From a bacterium (GTDB taxonomy: Bacteria > Patescibacteriota > Minisyncoccia > Phycocordibacterales > JBBTRF01): a stretch of DNA of 64,000 bases. Below the pieces are notes generated by a model. It did not search any database and had not been told where the DNA came from. It saw nothing but the letters and a program-made list of their open reading frames with translations. Positions 18,710-28,511 of this stretch are shown here, in pieces (the stretch's first letter is position 1; every line of letters starts with the position of its first letter). The stretch covers positions 394,377-458,376 of the forward strand of contig JBAXTI010000001.1 in NCBI GenBank assembly GCA_037130265.1. Direction: 5' to 3'. The translations under genes were made by a program, and so were the position numbers.

Positions 18710-19168
18710 TTATTGCGCCTCGGCGATACCCGTCGCATACACAGTGACGGTTCGATAGCTCGTCGGTGTACCGGTGATGATCACGCGGAAAGTGCCGCTC
18801 TGAGTGGTGGTGCCGGTGAGTTTGCTAAAGAGTACATCTGACCCTGCTCCATTGAGTGAAATGTTCGAGATGGACAAGCGCGGATCGAGAACAAACGGCT
18901 TGTTTGTACTTGCCCCCGCATTGTATGTGGATCCAACAAACAATACCGGGCCAGCAGAGAGGAGCCGTACACTGTAGGCCACCGCATCTTTCGCTGACAC
19001 CGTGAGCGAACGCGCCTGCGCAAGTACCGCCACCACCGCATCTGTACTTTTGTCGAGTGACTGACGAGCAGTTACCGTACTAAAAGACACCGTTGCTAAA
19101 GCTGCGATCATAGCAACAATGGCCACGACAACGAGCATCTCCACGAGAGTGAGACCAGCGTGCTTCAT
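18710..19168 (-). CDS. Type IV prepilin-like protein (FimT/GspH-like)
   Basis: AG|LTLVEMLVVVAIVAM; LAQARSLT; FSKLTG. Confidence 0.88.
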   Translation of the reverse strand: MKHAGLTLVEMLVVVAIVAMIAALATVSFSTVTARQSLDKSTDAVVAVLAQARSLTVSAKDAVAYSVRLLSAGPVLFVGSTYNAGASTNKPFVLDPRLSISNISLNGAGSDVLFSKLTGTTTQSGTFRVIITGTPTSYRTVTVYATGIAEAQ

Positions 19169-19240
19169 TCATCTATTGTATCGGAGTTTTGACTCATTTC
19201 GCAGGGAAAGTGGGGACAAAGCCTGGATTCAAACCCCGCC

Positions 19241-19615
19241 CTACTTGAACCACGTCTTCAGCCATCCCTGCATCATTTCGATCTCACCTGTCTGAGCGGC
19301 CACAATATCATTCCCCAACTTCACCAACTCCGGTCGTTTTGTGCCCTTCAAAAGAGTTTGTGCCATCTCTACCGCACCCTCATGATGCACGATCATTTCC
19401 TCAAGGAAAGACTTCTCGAGATCCGCACCCGTCTTCCCTGCCAAGCCACTCATCATACCGCCCATGGCGCCATGCATATCTTTTCGATAGTCACTACCAC
19501 CGACAGTATTGGTAGACATCACATTTGGATACACCGAACCACGTAGACCGTATCCGAGAATTAGGCCCACAAGCAACATACAGAGACCAACGAGAACCGG
19601 ATTTTGATTTTGCAT
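19241..19615 (-). CDS. DUF305 family protein
   Basis: FLEEMIVHHEGAVEMA...IVAAQTGEIEMMQGW. Confidence 0.9.
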   Translation of the reverse strand: MQNQNPVLVGLCMLLVGLILGYGLRGSVYPNVMSTNTVGGSDYRKDMHGAMGGMMSGLAGKTGADLEKSFLEEMIVHHEGAVEMAQTLLKGTKRPELVKLGNDIVAAQTGEIEMMQGWLKTWFK

Positions 19616-19746
19616 AGGAATGAGTTGATTAGCTATTACGGGTCAATTATATCACTTCTCAGCAAATCAAAAGCTGATGCCTGCATGCTTACAAACATTC
19701 CACACTTTGTATTGACATTGCATATACAAAGGAATATGCTTGCTCT

Positions 19747-19998
19747 ATGAACACCGTGATCAGTATTCGGACTCAAAAAAGTGTCAGGGATGAGGCACGT
19801 AAAGTCTTCTCGAAGATTGGCCTTTCGACTTCTGCCGGCATCAACCTTTTTCTGCACCAAGTGGCTGTTGAGAAGGGTCTTCCCTTCACTCCCACCTATG
19901 ACACGGCGAAGATCCGTCAACGTTGGGACAACCAAGTGAATCGTGCAGTCAGGCACAAGAAATACTCGACCGCGAAGGAAGCACTCGCGGACCTATAA
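19747..19998 (+). CDS. Type II antitoxin, RelB/DinJ family
   Basis: ISIRT...ARKVFSKIGLSTSAGINLFLHQVAVEKGLPF. Confidence 0.9.
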   Translation: MNTVISIRTQKSVRDEARKVFSKIGLSTSAGINLFLHQVAVEKGLPFTPTYDTAKIRQRWDNQVNRAVRHKKYSTAKEALADL

Positions 19999-20004
19999 CA
20001 AGCG

Positions 20005-20292
20005 ATGTATTCGATCTACCGAACGAAGGATTTTGAGAGATCCTATCAAAGATGCGAGCGATCTGGACAACTGAACGTTCGCGCAAAACGTGAACTAGAA
20101 AAAGTCATCGCCGCTATTGCATCAGGGAACAAAGTATCTCCAAGCCGCCGTGACCATCAGCTAAAAGGCAACCTCGCACCATATCGAGAATGTCACATCA
20201 AGGGAGACCTTCTTTTGGTGTATCAACTACAAAGGCTGGTTTTGGTGCTCGTGCTAGTGGATATAGGCACGCATTCGTATTTGAATCTGTAG
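20005..20292 (+). CDS. yafQ: Type II toxin, YafQ family mRNA interferase
   Basis: RDHQLKG..YRECHIKGDLLLVY...IGTHS. Confidence 0.92.
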   Translation: MYSIYRTKDFERSYQRCERSGQLNVRAKRELEKVIAAIASGNKVSPSRRDHQLKGNLAPYRECHIKGDLLLVYQLQRLVLVLVLVDIGTHSYLNL

Positions 20293-20368
20293 ATTAACCG
20301 ATATTACTTCTGACTCGCCGACGCGACTTTGCGGACTCTTCGCTTACTTCTGCCGAAGTTTCATTTTG

Positions 20369-20528
20369 TGACCCTACGGGGAGTCGGTCACGCGTATTTT
20401 TCTACTGAAAAATCGCTCGACCCCGCCTCGCTCGCCTGCGCGAGCTCCTGCTTTCGACTCTGCCACACAGGGCATCATAATGCGAAACAAAAAGAGCATC
20501 CTTTATAGGACGCTCTTTTTGTTTCGCA
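20369..20528. repeat. tRNA-Glu 3'-end duplication (18 bp) with structured element copy D and 17-bp-arm hairpin
   Basis: TGACCCTACGGGGAGTCG at both 20369-86 and 20529-46; GAGTCG..CGACTC-enclosed element 20381-20460; hairpin 20481-20528. Confidence 0.85.
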
Positions 20529-20600
20529 TGACCCTACGGGGAGTCGAACCCCGATTCCAGCCTTGAGAAGGCCGTGTCCTAACCATTAGACGATGGGGCC
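20529..20600 (-). tRNA. tRNA-Glu(CUC)
   Basis: GGCCCCA TC GTCT..AGGAC A CGGCC TT CTC AA GGCTG GAAT CGGGG TTCGACT CCCCG TAGGGTC A; CCA not encoded; one C6-A67 mismatch. Confidence 0.93.
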
Positions 20601-20667
20601 GTAAAAACGGCGCCGATCTCAAACACCGTACGTGTCGCAGAATCAGCCTCCAATATATACCACACAA

Positions 20668-21984
20668 TTACCGATTCTGCCACTCGTCGTCCTGTCGAAC
20701 GAGAAGTTCGGTCCGACGTTCTGGCTCGGCCATGATCTCTTGCACCGCTCGCTCCATGCGAATGGACTGAGAACCCTTCGCGAGGACAATATCGCCCTCA
20801 CCGAGCATCTGCTCGATGAACTTCCCTGCCTCCTGTGCGTGGTCGAATTGAAAAATCTTGCTGTCGGCCAATCCGGCATCAAGCGCGCCTTCAGCGATCT
20901 GTCGAGCCCGTACGCCGACGGTCACGAGAACATCCACCACCGTACCAGCAAGCAAACCAACCTTGCGATGTGCCTCAGAAGAGAGCTTGCCGAGCTCCAT
21001 CATGTCGCCAAGCAGGGCAATTTTTTTGCCAGCCACTCCATCTTTCATTGCGACCTTCAACCCTCCAAGAGTGTGCAGCGCTTCGGTCATGGCGACAGGT
21101 GAAGCATTGTAAGTGTCATCGATCACAGTCGCGCCCTTCACGGCCGGTAGCAAGCGCATTCGGCCAGGAGTGTTGAGCTCGGCCGAAAGACCGGCAATCG
21201 CCTTCTCCGGCGCAATACCCTGCGTCACCGCTACCGCAAACGCAAACAACGCTGGGTACAAATGATGACTACCGGCAATACCGCGGCGCACAATTTCGTA
21301 TGTTTTATCTCCATGACGAATGACGAAGCGAATACCGACCGGCCTATCCCCTTCATACAATACCTCCGACGGATCGGCACGGAAATCAGCTTGGCCTTTC
21401 TGGCTAATGGTCATGACCTTTGCCATTGTGAGCGGACCGAAGCCAGCCACATCCGCATCATCAATATTCAAAAACAAGACGCCCCCTTCTGCCTCAGACT
21501 TCACCGCACGCGGCAACTGGCTTTTCTCAAATACGAGCTCCGCGCGATCCTTGAAAAATTCTACATGTACCGGAGTTTCCCCAATACGCGTCACCACTCC
21601 AACATTCGGTTTCACCCACTCCATAATCTGCGCAATATCCTTTGGCCGATCGGCACCCACCTCGAGTACCAGCCACTCTGGGTATGGATGATTGGTGATG
21701 ACGGCCATGAAACCTTTGCCAATATTTTCGATCCACAAGAGAGGGTTGGACCATGCATTCTGGAGACCAAGGATAGTGAGGGGCACGCCGATGTCGCCAT
21801 TGAAGCTTTTCTGGCACTTCCGGACAAAAAACGACGAGGCGAGCGCCGCATAGATGGCATCCTTGGTCGATGTCTTGCCAACACTACCGGTGACTGCCAC
21901 AATCTTCGGCTGGTACTTTTTCAGCACCATTTTGGCCTCCCACTGGAGGATAGCGACGACGATTTTTTTGAAGATAGATTTCAT
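20668..21984 (-). CDS. murF: UDP-MurNAc-tripeptide--D-Ala-D-Ala ligase
   Basis: VTGSVGKTSTK, LEVGAD, PGRM, IDDTYNASP, LGDMMELG, KGSQ. Confidence 0.95.
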   Translation of the reverse strand: MKSIFKKIVVAILQWEAKMVLKKYQPKIVAVTGSVGKTSTKDAIYAALASSFFVRKCQKSFNGDIGVPLTILGLQNAWSNPLLWIENIGKGFMAVITNHPYPEWLVLEVGADRPKDIAQIMEWVKPNVGVVTRIGETPVHVEFFKDRAELVFEKSQLPRAVKSEAEGGVLFLNIDDADVAGFGPLTMAKVMTISQKGQADFRADPSEVLYEGDRPVGIRFVIRHGDKTYEIVRRGIAGSHHLYPALFAFAVAVTQGIAPEKAIAGLSAELNTPGRMRLLPAVKGATVIDDTYNASPVAMTEALHTLGGLKVAMKDGVAGKKIALLGDMMELGKLSSEAHRKVGLLAGTVVDVLVTVGVRARQIAEGALDAGLADSKIFQFDHAQEAGKFIEQMLGEGDIVLAKGSQSIRMERAVQEIMAEPERRTELLVRQDDEWQNR

Positions 21985-21989
21985 GTATG

Positions 21990-23717
21990 TTATCGGTCTG
22001 GCGGAACTTCGTAATAGTGTAGCAGAAAATTGGTCAATTCAAAGAACGGGCCAGTGAGTGTCTCGGAAGCGTAGTCGACCTTCTTGGGATACACGGTGTA
22101 CAGGAAGACGATGAAGCGCGGGTTGTATGCTGGGAAATATCCGAAGAAAGAGTGGAGATAGCGGTCGGCGTAGTAGCCTTTCGTGCCACCCTGCGAGATC
22201 TGCGCGGTACCCGTCTTCGCGGCTACGCTATAGTGCTCGAGCTTTACCTTGCCGTTGCGAAGGGCCTTATCGACGAGCTCGACCAACATGCGCGAGATCT
22301 CCTCAGAGGTGCCTGGTTTTAGCACCTGGCGACCGTCTGGGTAGGACAACTTTTTGGTGACGCCAATCTTGTAGTCGATCTCCTTCACGACGTGCGGATT
22401 TGGCAAATACCCGCCATTACCAAGAGCTGAGAGGGCTCGGATGGTGGCGATCGGCGACAACGCGATACCTTGGCCGAAGGAAGCGGTGTAGGATTCGATG
22501 TCGCGCGGGCTCTCGATCAATGTCTTCAGGAGCCCGCGCGATTCGTTTGGCACGTCGATCCCCGTCTCTTCATCGAAGCCAAATCGAAGCAAGTACTCCT
22601 TAAACGCCTGCTTCCCCATTTTCTGCACCACAAAAGACGCGCCTGTGTTGAGCGACTTATTGAGCACCTCTTGCATTGTCGTCACGCCACGATGTTTCTT
22701 GTCGGAGTTATAGAGCGTCTTCGCATCAGCAGTCACAGAACCGGTGTCAACATAGGTCGTATCCGCAGTCACCGCACCCGCGTCAATACCCGCCGCCATC
22801 GTGATTGGCTTGATGATTGAACCCATTTCATACACATTTTCCACCAGCGGGTTACTGAAAACACGGAGATCCTTCTCCTTCTGAAAATGATTTGGATCAA
22901 ACGTCGGCACCGCACCCATCGCATAAATCTCTCCGGTCTTAGGATCCATAATGATGCCACCAGACAGGTCGGACGACCACTTCTTTTGGACTTCGCCGAG
23001 CACCTGCTCGAGGCGCATCTGTACGCTCGGCTCAATAGTGGTCACTAAGTCGCCCTCCAAATCGGCCTTTTCATCAACAACTTTGCCTATATCAGAAAAG
23101 ACCTCAGCAAAAAAGTTCACATAAGATTTGTCAGAGTCGCGGCGCAGGGTTTCCTGATAGAAACGTTCGAGACCATAGCGACCATCGAGCACATCACCAT
23201 TGTAGCCGACAAAGCCCACAGTCTGCGCCGCGACATCTCCTCCTGGATACACCCGCCACTGGTCGCGCACGAGACTCACTCCAGGGATTTTAAGTGCGCT
23301 AATCTGGCTTCCAGTCTCTTTGTCCACACGCTTCACCATCTCTTCATACTGATCATCCTTGGAAGCTCTGGCGACGAAGATATCATGGTCAATGGTCGGC
23401 AAAAGAGCCTGCAGCTGCTTGTACGTCGTTTCGGGCGAGGTGATCTTCTTTGGATTAACCACAAGCGTAAACCCAGAGTTGATCGTCGCCGCCCCGTACG
23501 AGCTGCCGTCTTTGTTTTGAAAATAGATCGAACCGCGATCAAAGAGATGCTTGGCTGGACTAACATATTGTCGCTCAGCTTTTTCTGCATACGTACTGCC
23601 ACGGACCACCTGCACCAAATACAGCTTACCAACGAGCACCAGTGCCACCAAAAGCACGGTACTGGCAACCAAGCGAATTCTCCAAGGGTGCTCCTTCATG
23701 AATGATGAATCGCCCAA
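21990..23717 (-). CDS. ftsI: Class B penicillin-binding protein (FtsI-like)
   Basis: RGSI, YEMGSIIK (SxxK), SLN, KTGT; lies in the mraZ-rsmH-ftsL-ftsI-murF cluster. Confidence 0.88.
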   Translation of the reverse strand: MGDSSFMKEHPWRIRLVASTVLLVALVLVGKLYLVQVVRGSTYAEKAERQYVSPAKHLFDRGSIYFQNKDGSSYGAATINSGFTLVVNPKKITSPETTYKQLQALLPTIDHDIFVARASKDDQYEEMVKRVDKETGSQISALKIPGVSLVRDQWRVYPGGDVAAQTVGFVGYNGDVLDGRYGLERFYQETLRRDSDKSYVNFFAEVFSDIGKVVDEKADLEGDLVTTIEPSVQMRLEQVLGEVQKKWSSDLSGGIIMDPKTGEIYAMGAVPTFDPNHFQKEKDLRVFSNPLVENVYEMGSIIKPITMAAGIDAGAVTADTTYVDTGSVTADAKTLYNSDKKHRGVTTMQEVLNKSLNTGASFVVQKMGKQAFKEYLLRFGFDEETGIDVPNESRGLLKTLIESPRDIESYTASFGQGIALSPIATIRALSALGNGGYLPNPHVVKEIDYKIGVTKKLSYPDGRQVLKPGTSEEISRMLVELVDKALRNGKVKLEHYSVAAKTGTAQISQGGTKGYYADRYLHSFFGYFPAYNPRFIVFLYTVYPKKVDYASETLTGPFFELTNFLLHYYEVPPDR

Positions 23718-23729
23718 CGCCGCACGCTC

Positions 23730-24065
23730 TTATCGAGTCGTGTTGAGAGAGAGGCTTTGGGATTGATTATACGCCACAAAATGCGGTTCAGCCACCTCAA
23801 CAAAGCCAAGCTGCACAGCCAAAGAAGGACTGATATGGTTTTTCATTTGCAAATGTTGCGTCTCGAGAGTGGCAAGCTCCGCACTGAGCTTCGAAATTGA
23901 CGACTGAGCCTGTTGACGAGCAACCACATTACCAATAGTTGCATTGATCAGGTATCCGTATGACAAAAATGAACAGAAAACGAGTGCGAGGATGGCAATA
24001 CTGACCCTCTGGATGAAGATTTCGTTCTTGGTGAGCTGATTGGTATGATAGATGATGGCGTTCAT
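23730..24065 (-). CDS. FtsL-like bitopic protein
   Basis: Single TM plus coiled coil, A..LGFVE, located between rsmH and ftsI. Confidence 0.65.
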   Translation of the reverse strand: MNAIIYHTNQLTKNEIFIQRVSIAILALVFCSFLSYGYLINATIGNVVARQQAQSSISKLSAELATLETQHLQMKNHISPSLAVQLGFVEVAEPHFVAYNQSQSLSLNTTR

Positions 24066-24082
24066 GGATTTGTATAAATTTT

Positions 24083-25042
24083 TTAGTTTTTCTTGAGAAC
24101 TCTGAGCTTCGCGCTGCGGGACCGTCGGTTTTCTTGCATTTCTTCGTCACTCGGGACGATGGGTTTCTTTGTGACTAGCTCCGCCTCACCTTGGTCCGCT
24201 TTTTCTTTAAAATACCGCTTCACGATCCGATCCTCGAGGCTATGAAAAGAGATCACGGCCATTCGCCCGCCTGGGGCCAATGCGTCAAAGCCTTTCCAAA
24301 GACCTTCTTTGAGAGCACTGAGCTCGTCGTTCACTGCAATGCGCAATGCTTGAAAGGTGCGAGTGGCAAAATGAGTCTTTCCTTTTTTATAAAAGAATGG
24401 GACGGAATGACCGATGATGGCGACCAATTCAAAGGTGGTCTCGATCGGCTTCTGAGCGCGCGCCTCGCAGATGGCGCGCGCGATGCGTCGTGAATATCGC
24501 TCCTCACCGTACGCGTAAATAACATCAGCAATATTTTGCTCCTCCCAACTATTCACAATATCCCGAGCAGTGAAACGTGGCAGCGCATTCGCTACAGCAC
24601 CTGGCCTGACCCCCACGACTGGCGCTGGCGTCTCGGTCTGTGAAAACATCATCTTCAGCGGACCATCCTTTTGGAAACTAAATCCTCGCTCCGCCGCTTC
24701 AAATTGGTCAGCATTCCAGCCAAGGTCAAACAATTCCGCATCCACCTTCTGCCCGGCCAAAGCGAGATCAAGATTGCGGAAGCTGCCGCAGTAATACTGA
24801 ACATTCCCCACCTCCAAGCGCTTCATCGCCAAATCAATCGCCGCCTGATCGAGATCGATCGCTACAATCTTCACCTCTTTACCAAACCGCGCGATCACCT
24901 CTGCACTATGTCCGCCGCCTCCCAGTGTCGCATCAACAAACACACCACCGGCACGCAAGTCCAATGAATCAAGTGACTCCTTCAACAGCACCGACTTATG
25001 TGCGGTGGTGGCGGGAGCGGTAGTTGGAATGGTGGGTATCAT
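24083..25042 (-). CDS. rsmH: 16S rRNA m4C1402 methyltransferase
   Basis: HKSVLLKE, DATLGGGGHS, FQALRIAVNDE, ISFHSLEDR, RSRSAKLR. Confidence 0.97.
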   Translation of the reverse strand: MIPTIPTTAPATTAHKSVLLKESLDSLDLRAGGVFVDATLGGGGHSAEVIARFGKEVKIVAIDLDQAAIDLAMKRLEVGNVQYYCGSFRNLDLALAGQKVDAELFDLGWNADQFEAAERGFSFQKDGPLKMMFSQTETPAPVVGVRPGAVANALPRFTARDIVNSWEEQNIADVIYAYGEERYSRRIARAICEARAQKPIETTFELVAIIGHSVPFFYKKGKTHFATRTFQALRIAVNDELSALKEGLWKGFDALAPGGRMAVISFHSLEDRIVKRYFKEKADQGEAELVTKKPIVPSDEEMQENRRSRSAKLRVLKKN

Positions 25043-25065
25043 AGGATTTTTTCTACTTTTCTTTT

Positions 25066-25500
25066 CTACAGAACGCCGATCTGCCCGAGCTTTTCGGCGA
25101 GGCTGTTCGCCTCCTTCTCGACCTTGGCCTTGTACTCCATCCAAAGTGCATCATTCCAAATCTCCACACGATTCTGCACACCGATAAGCACGACTTCTTT
25201 TTTCAATTGCGCTCTCTCCTTCAAAAAATCCGGCACCAACACTCGACCAATCGAATCGACATCTGCCTCCACTGCTCCGCCGAGCATATATCGATTGAAA
25301 CTTCGCGTATCAGCTTGCAACATCGACGAGCCGCCCAACTTTTCAGAGATCGTTTCCCACTGTGTCGGTGTGAACACGAAGAGACAGCCGTCGAGACCCG
25401 GAGTGATGATCACACGCTTCCCCATTTCCTTGCGAAATTTCACCGGCAAAGACAGTCGGTTCTTGTCGTCTATGGTGTGCGTGTATTGGCCGATAAACAT
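25066..25500 (-). CDS. mraZ: Transcriptional regulator MraZ
   Basis: MFIGQYTHTIDDKNRLSLPVKFR; DSIGRVLVP; RVEIW. Confidence 0.97.
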   Translation of the reverse strand: MFIGQYTHTIDDKNRLSLPVKFRKEMGKRVIITPGLDGCLFVFTPTQWETISEKLGGSSMLQADTRSFNRYMLGGAVEADVDSIGRVLVPDFLKERAQLKKEVVLIGVQNRVEIWNDALWMEYKAKVEKEANSLAEKLGQIGVL

Positions 25501-25662
25501 TGATGTTGATACTGATTATTCGCTGAGTTTTTTATTTGTTCGCACTGCAACCATTTCGTGTGGCTGAATTTCAAGAGTAGTCGAGAGGAAAGCGTACGAA
25601 CTCTGGCCCGATCGAACCACAAAGATAGTTTTGTTGAGTTTCATGTGTGTTTTATTAATTTA

Positions 25663-25712
25663 CCACTCTTTCCCACATGTATAGTATTTTATACCACTCT
25701 ATCCCACTCCAC
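25663..25712 (-). promoter_or_regulatory. MraZ operator (phased GTGG repeats)
   Basis: CCAC on + strand at 25663, 25673, 25694, 25704 (10-bp phasing) upstream of mraZ. Confidence 0.75.
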
Positions 25713-25778
25713 AACAAAGTTATCCCCATAGCAGCACGAATTCGGCCCCTTTCCAGTGCATTGGGGTATGACATACTT

Positions 25779-26306
25779 ATGTCTATGGATATTCGAAAAA
25801 AGTCCTTCGCTTGGAAGGCTATTGCGTGTTCGATTTTGGCCCTGATTGTTATCGGTTCTGCGGCAATGGCCGTCTTGAAGCAGGCTTCAACTGATTATCG
25901 AGACCGTCCCACCCTCTACGATGTACAGATTGGTACGACGATAATACCAGTCGAGATTGCCGACGTACCCTCAACTATGGAAAAAGGCCTGTCTGGTCGG
26001 TTCCATCTCCCATCGAAGCAAGGAATGCTCTTTATTTTCCCGGTTTCGGACCTGTACGCCTTCTGGATGCCAAACATGAACTTCCCGATCGACTTACTTT
26101 GGATCAGTTCGGAAAAAAAGATCGTTGGATTTGAGCAATCCATGCAGCCAGAGAAAGACCTGAAAAATCCTCACTACTATCGCCCATCTGAGCCAGTGGA
26201 GTACGTCATAGAAGTGAATGCTGGCTTCGTGAAAAGCCATCATCTGACGGTCGGTCAGGAGGTAAATATCCCCGATATTTCCACGGGACATCGGGCACTT
26301 TTCTGA
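25779..26306 (+). CDS. DUF192 family protein
   Basis: VEIAD...KGLSGR..GMLFIF...FWMPNMNFPIDLLW...YVIEVNAG. Confidence 0.92.
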   Translation: MSMDIRKKSFAWKAIACSILALIVIGSAAMAVLKQASTDYRDRPTLYDVQIGTTIIPVEIADVPSTMEKGLSGRFHLPSKQGMLFIFPVSDLYAFWMPNMNFPIDLLWISSEKKIVGFEQSMQPEKDLKNPHYYRPSEPVEYVIEVNAGFVKSHHLTVGQEVNIPDISTGHRALF

Positions 26307-26319
26307 TATACTATTACTT

Positions 26320-26898
26320 ATGTTACGCAAATTGGTCGTCGGTCTCGGGGTTGAATTCGGCCCGATCATTGTATTCTTTCTGATAGTCGAGAGGACAAAC
26401 TTCTTAAGAGCTACCCTTATTTTCGTCATTCTGACGATCGTTTCGCTGATTGTCGGCCTCTACGAGCAGCGCCGCATCGCCTGGTTCCCACTCATTGCCG
26501 GCGGATCTGTGGTGATTTTCGGTACGTTGACCCTCGTCTTCGACAACCCATTCTTTTTGATCGCCAAGGACACACTCTACAACGGGTGCTTTGCTATCGC
26601 GCTTTTCATCGGATTGGCGCGTGGCAAGGGCTTATTGAAACACCTCTTCAGTAAGCTCATCGCTATGACCGAGAACGGCTGGCGCATTCTCTCGTGGCGC
26701 TGGGCTATCTTTTTCACCGTCCTCGCTGTTACCAACGAATTCGCCCGCATCAATCTTCCTACCGCCGGCTGGGTACAATTTAAAGAATTAGCGACGATTT
26801 CCACCATCATCTTCTCTCTTTATCAATTCAAATTGGCGAGGAAGGAACGACTTCCCGACGCAACTCCTTGGGGGTTGCGAAAGACCGAAAGCAAATAA
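26320..26898 (+). CDS. YciB/IspZ (intracellular septation A) family membrane protein
   Basis: EFGPIIVFF, FGTLTL, W..LSWRWAIFF, NE..R, WVQFK. Confidence 0.88.
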   Translation: MLRKLVVGLGVEFGPIIVFFLIVERTNFLRATLIFVILTIVSLIVGLYEQRRIAWFPLIAGGSVVIFGTLTLVFDNPFFLIAKDTLYNGCFAIALFIGLARGKGLLKHLFSKLIAMTENGWRILSWRWAIFFTVLAVTNEFARINLPTAGWVQFKELATISTIIFSLYQFKLARKERLPDATPWGLRKTESK

Positions 26899-26999
26899 GC
26901 TCAGAGGAACCTCTGCGCAGGGCTCGGCCCGAGCAGGAGGAAAAAACCCAGAAGGGATTTATTCCGTGTTCCGGGTGAGCTTATTTGCTTTCGGTCTTT
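26880..26999. repeat. Structured palindromic element, copy C (24-bp perfect terminal IR)
   Basis: AAAGACCGAAAGCAAATAAGCTCA / TGAGCTTATTTGCTTTCGGTCTTT; internal GA-GGAA..AGAA..TTCC-GT hairpin. Confidence 0.85.
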
Positions 27000-27000
27000 A

Positions 27001-28488
27001 CTACTCTCGCGGCTTCAGCGTCGGGAAAAGGATAACCTCTTTAATGTTCTTCATTCCTGTTAGAAGCATCGTGAGACGGTCGATACCAACACCGACGCCA
27101 CCAGCTGGAGGCATGCCGTATTCCATTGCCTCGAGATACTCTTCGTCATTTGGCTGCGCTTCGTCATCACCCGCCTTGGCGTTCTTCTCCTGATCCATGA
27201 ATCGAGACTTCTGATCAATCGGGTCGTTGAGCTCAGAAAAGGCCTTCACGAGCTCCATACCGCCCGCCACGAGCTGAAAAGCATTTACTAACGCAGGATT
27301 CTCCTCAGAGCGCTTCGCAAGTGGCAAGAAGGCCACTGGATAGTCGACAATGAAGGTCGGTTGCACGATCTTTGGTCGGCAGGCCTTTTTATAAATGTTG
27401 TCGATAATCTTTTCCAGCGGATCTTTCGGATCAACCTTCACCTTGCACTCAGCCGCCTTGGTACGAGCCTGTTCGAGAGTGAGAGCCTCCGGGTGTGCGA
27501 CACCTGCGTATTTCCCGAGCAGGTCTGCATACGACATGCGCGCAAATGGCTTCGAGAAATCCAGTTCGTTTTCGTCGAACTTCACCAAAAGACCACCACA
27601 CGCCTTCTCCACTACATTTCGGAGCAATGATTCTGCAAATACCATCTGCTGTGACGCGTCGCTGTATGCCTCGTAATATTCGAGCATAGTAAACTCAGGG
27701 TTGTGTGTAGTATCGATGCCTTCATTACGAAAATTTCGACCGATCTCATACACCTTTGGAAAACCGCCGACCAAAAGCTTTTTCAAATACAATTCTGGGG
27801 CAATACGTAAAAAAAGATCGGTGTCGAGCGCTTTGTGGTGGGTCGTAAATGGGGTGGCATTCGTGCCGCCGGCGAGAAGCTGCAACGCAGGAGTCTCCAC
27901 TTCCAAATAGCCGGCGGCATCGAGTGAGCGACGGATCTCAGAAACAATCTTTGCTCGAGTAACAAAGCGAGCACGGACAGACTCGTCCATCAATGTGTCG
28001 AGATAACGATGTCGAAAACGCTCATCGATATCTTGCAGGCCATGCCACTTCTCCGGCAGAGGTCGCAAACTCTTCGAGAGCATGCGCCAGCTAGCGACAG
28101 CAACCGTCTTTTCACCGCGCTTGGTGACGAACAATCCTCCAGTAAGTTCGACAAAGTCGCCAATGTCGACAGTCTGACTAAAAAAATCAAACGCTTCGGC
28201 ATCCACAGTACCCGCCTCTGCCACCTCCCCAACTTTTTTGATCAACCCCTGGAACTTCCCGGTGCCGTCGTTGAGTGTAATGAAGACCAGTGCACCCTGC
28301 GGACGCAATGACATAACTCGACCGACCAAAGAGACCGATGACTTCTTTGCTAAATTTTCAAATTGAGAGGCAGCTTCTGCAAGAGTCGCATCTCGCTTGG
28401 TAGAAATCGGGTACGGATTGAGCCCCTTCTCACGTAACAGTGCGAGTTTTTGTAAACGAATAGAACGAATTTCTTCTTGAGATGCCAT
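27001..28488 (-). CDS. lysS: Lysine--tRNA ligase (class II)
   Basis: LRIAPELYLKKL, FRNEGID..HNPEFTMLE, YGMPPAGGVGVGIDRL. Confidence 0.98.
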   Translation of the reverse strand: MASQEEIRSIRLQKLALLREKGLNPYPISTKRDATLAEAASQFENLAKKSSVSLVGRVMSLRPQGALVFITLNDGTGKFQGLIKKVGEVAEAGTVDAEAFDFFSQTVDIGDFVELTGGLFVTKRGEKTVAVASWRMLSKSLRPLPEKWHGLQDIDERFRHRYLDTLMDESVRARFVTRAKIVSEIRRSLDAAGYLEVETPALQLLAGGTNATPFTTHHKALDTDLFLRIAPELYLKKLLVGGFPKVYEIGRNFRNEGIDTTHNPEFTMLEYYEAYSDASQQMVFAESLLRNVVEKACGGLLVKFDENELDFSKPFARMSYADLLGKYAGVAHPEALTLEQARTKAAECKVKVDPKDPLEKIIDNIYKKACRPKIVQPTFIVDYPVAFLPLAKRSEENPALVNAFQLVAGGMELVKAFSELNDPIDQKSRFMDQEKNAKAGDDEAQPNDEEYLEAMEYGMPPAGGVGVGIDRLTMLLTGMKNIKEVILFPTLKPRE

Positions 28489-28511
28489 GAGTAAATTGTA
28501 TCACAACGACT

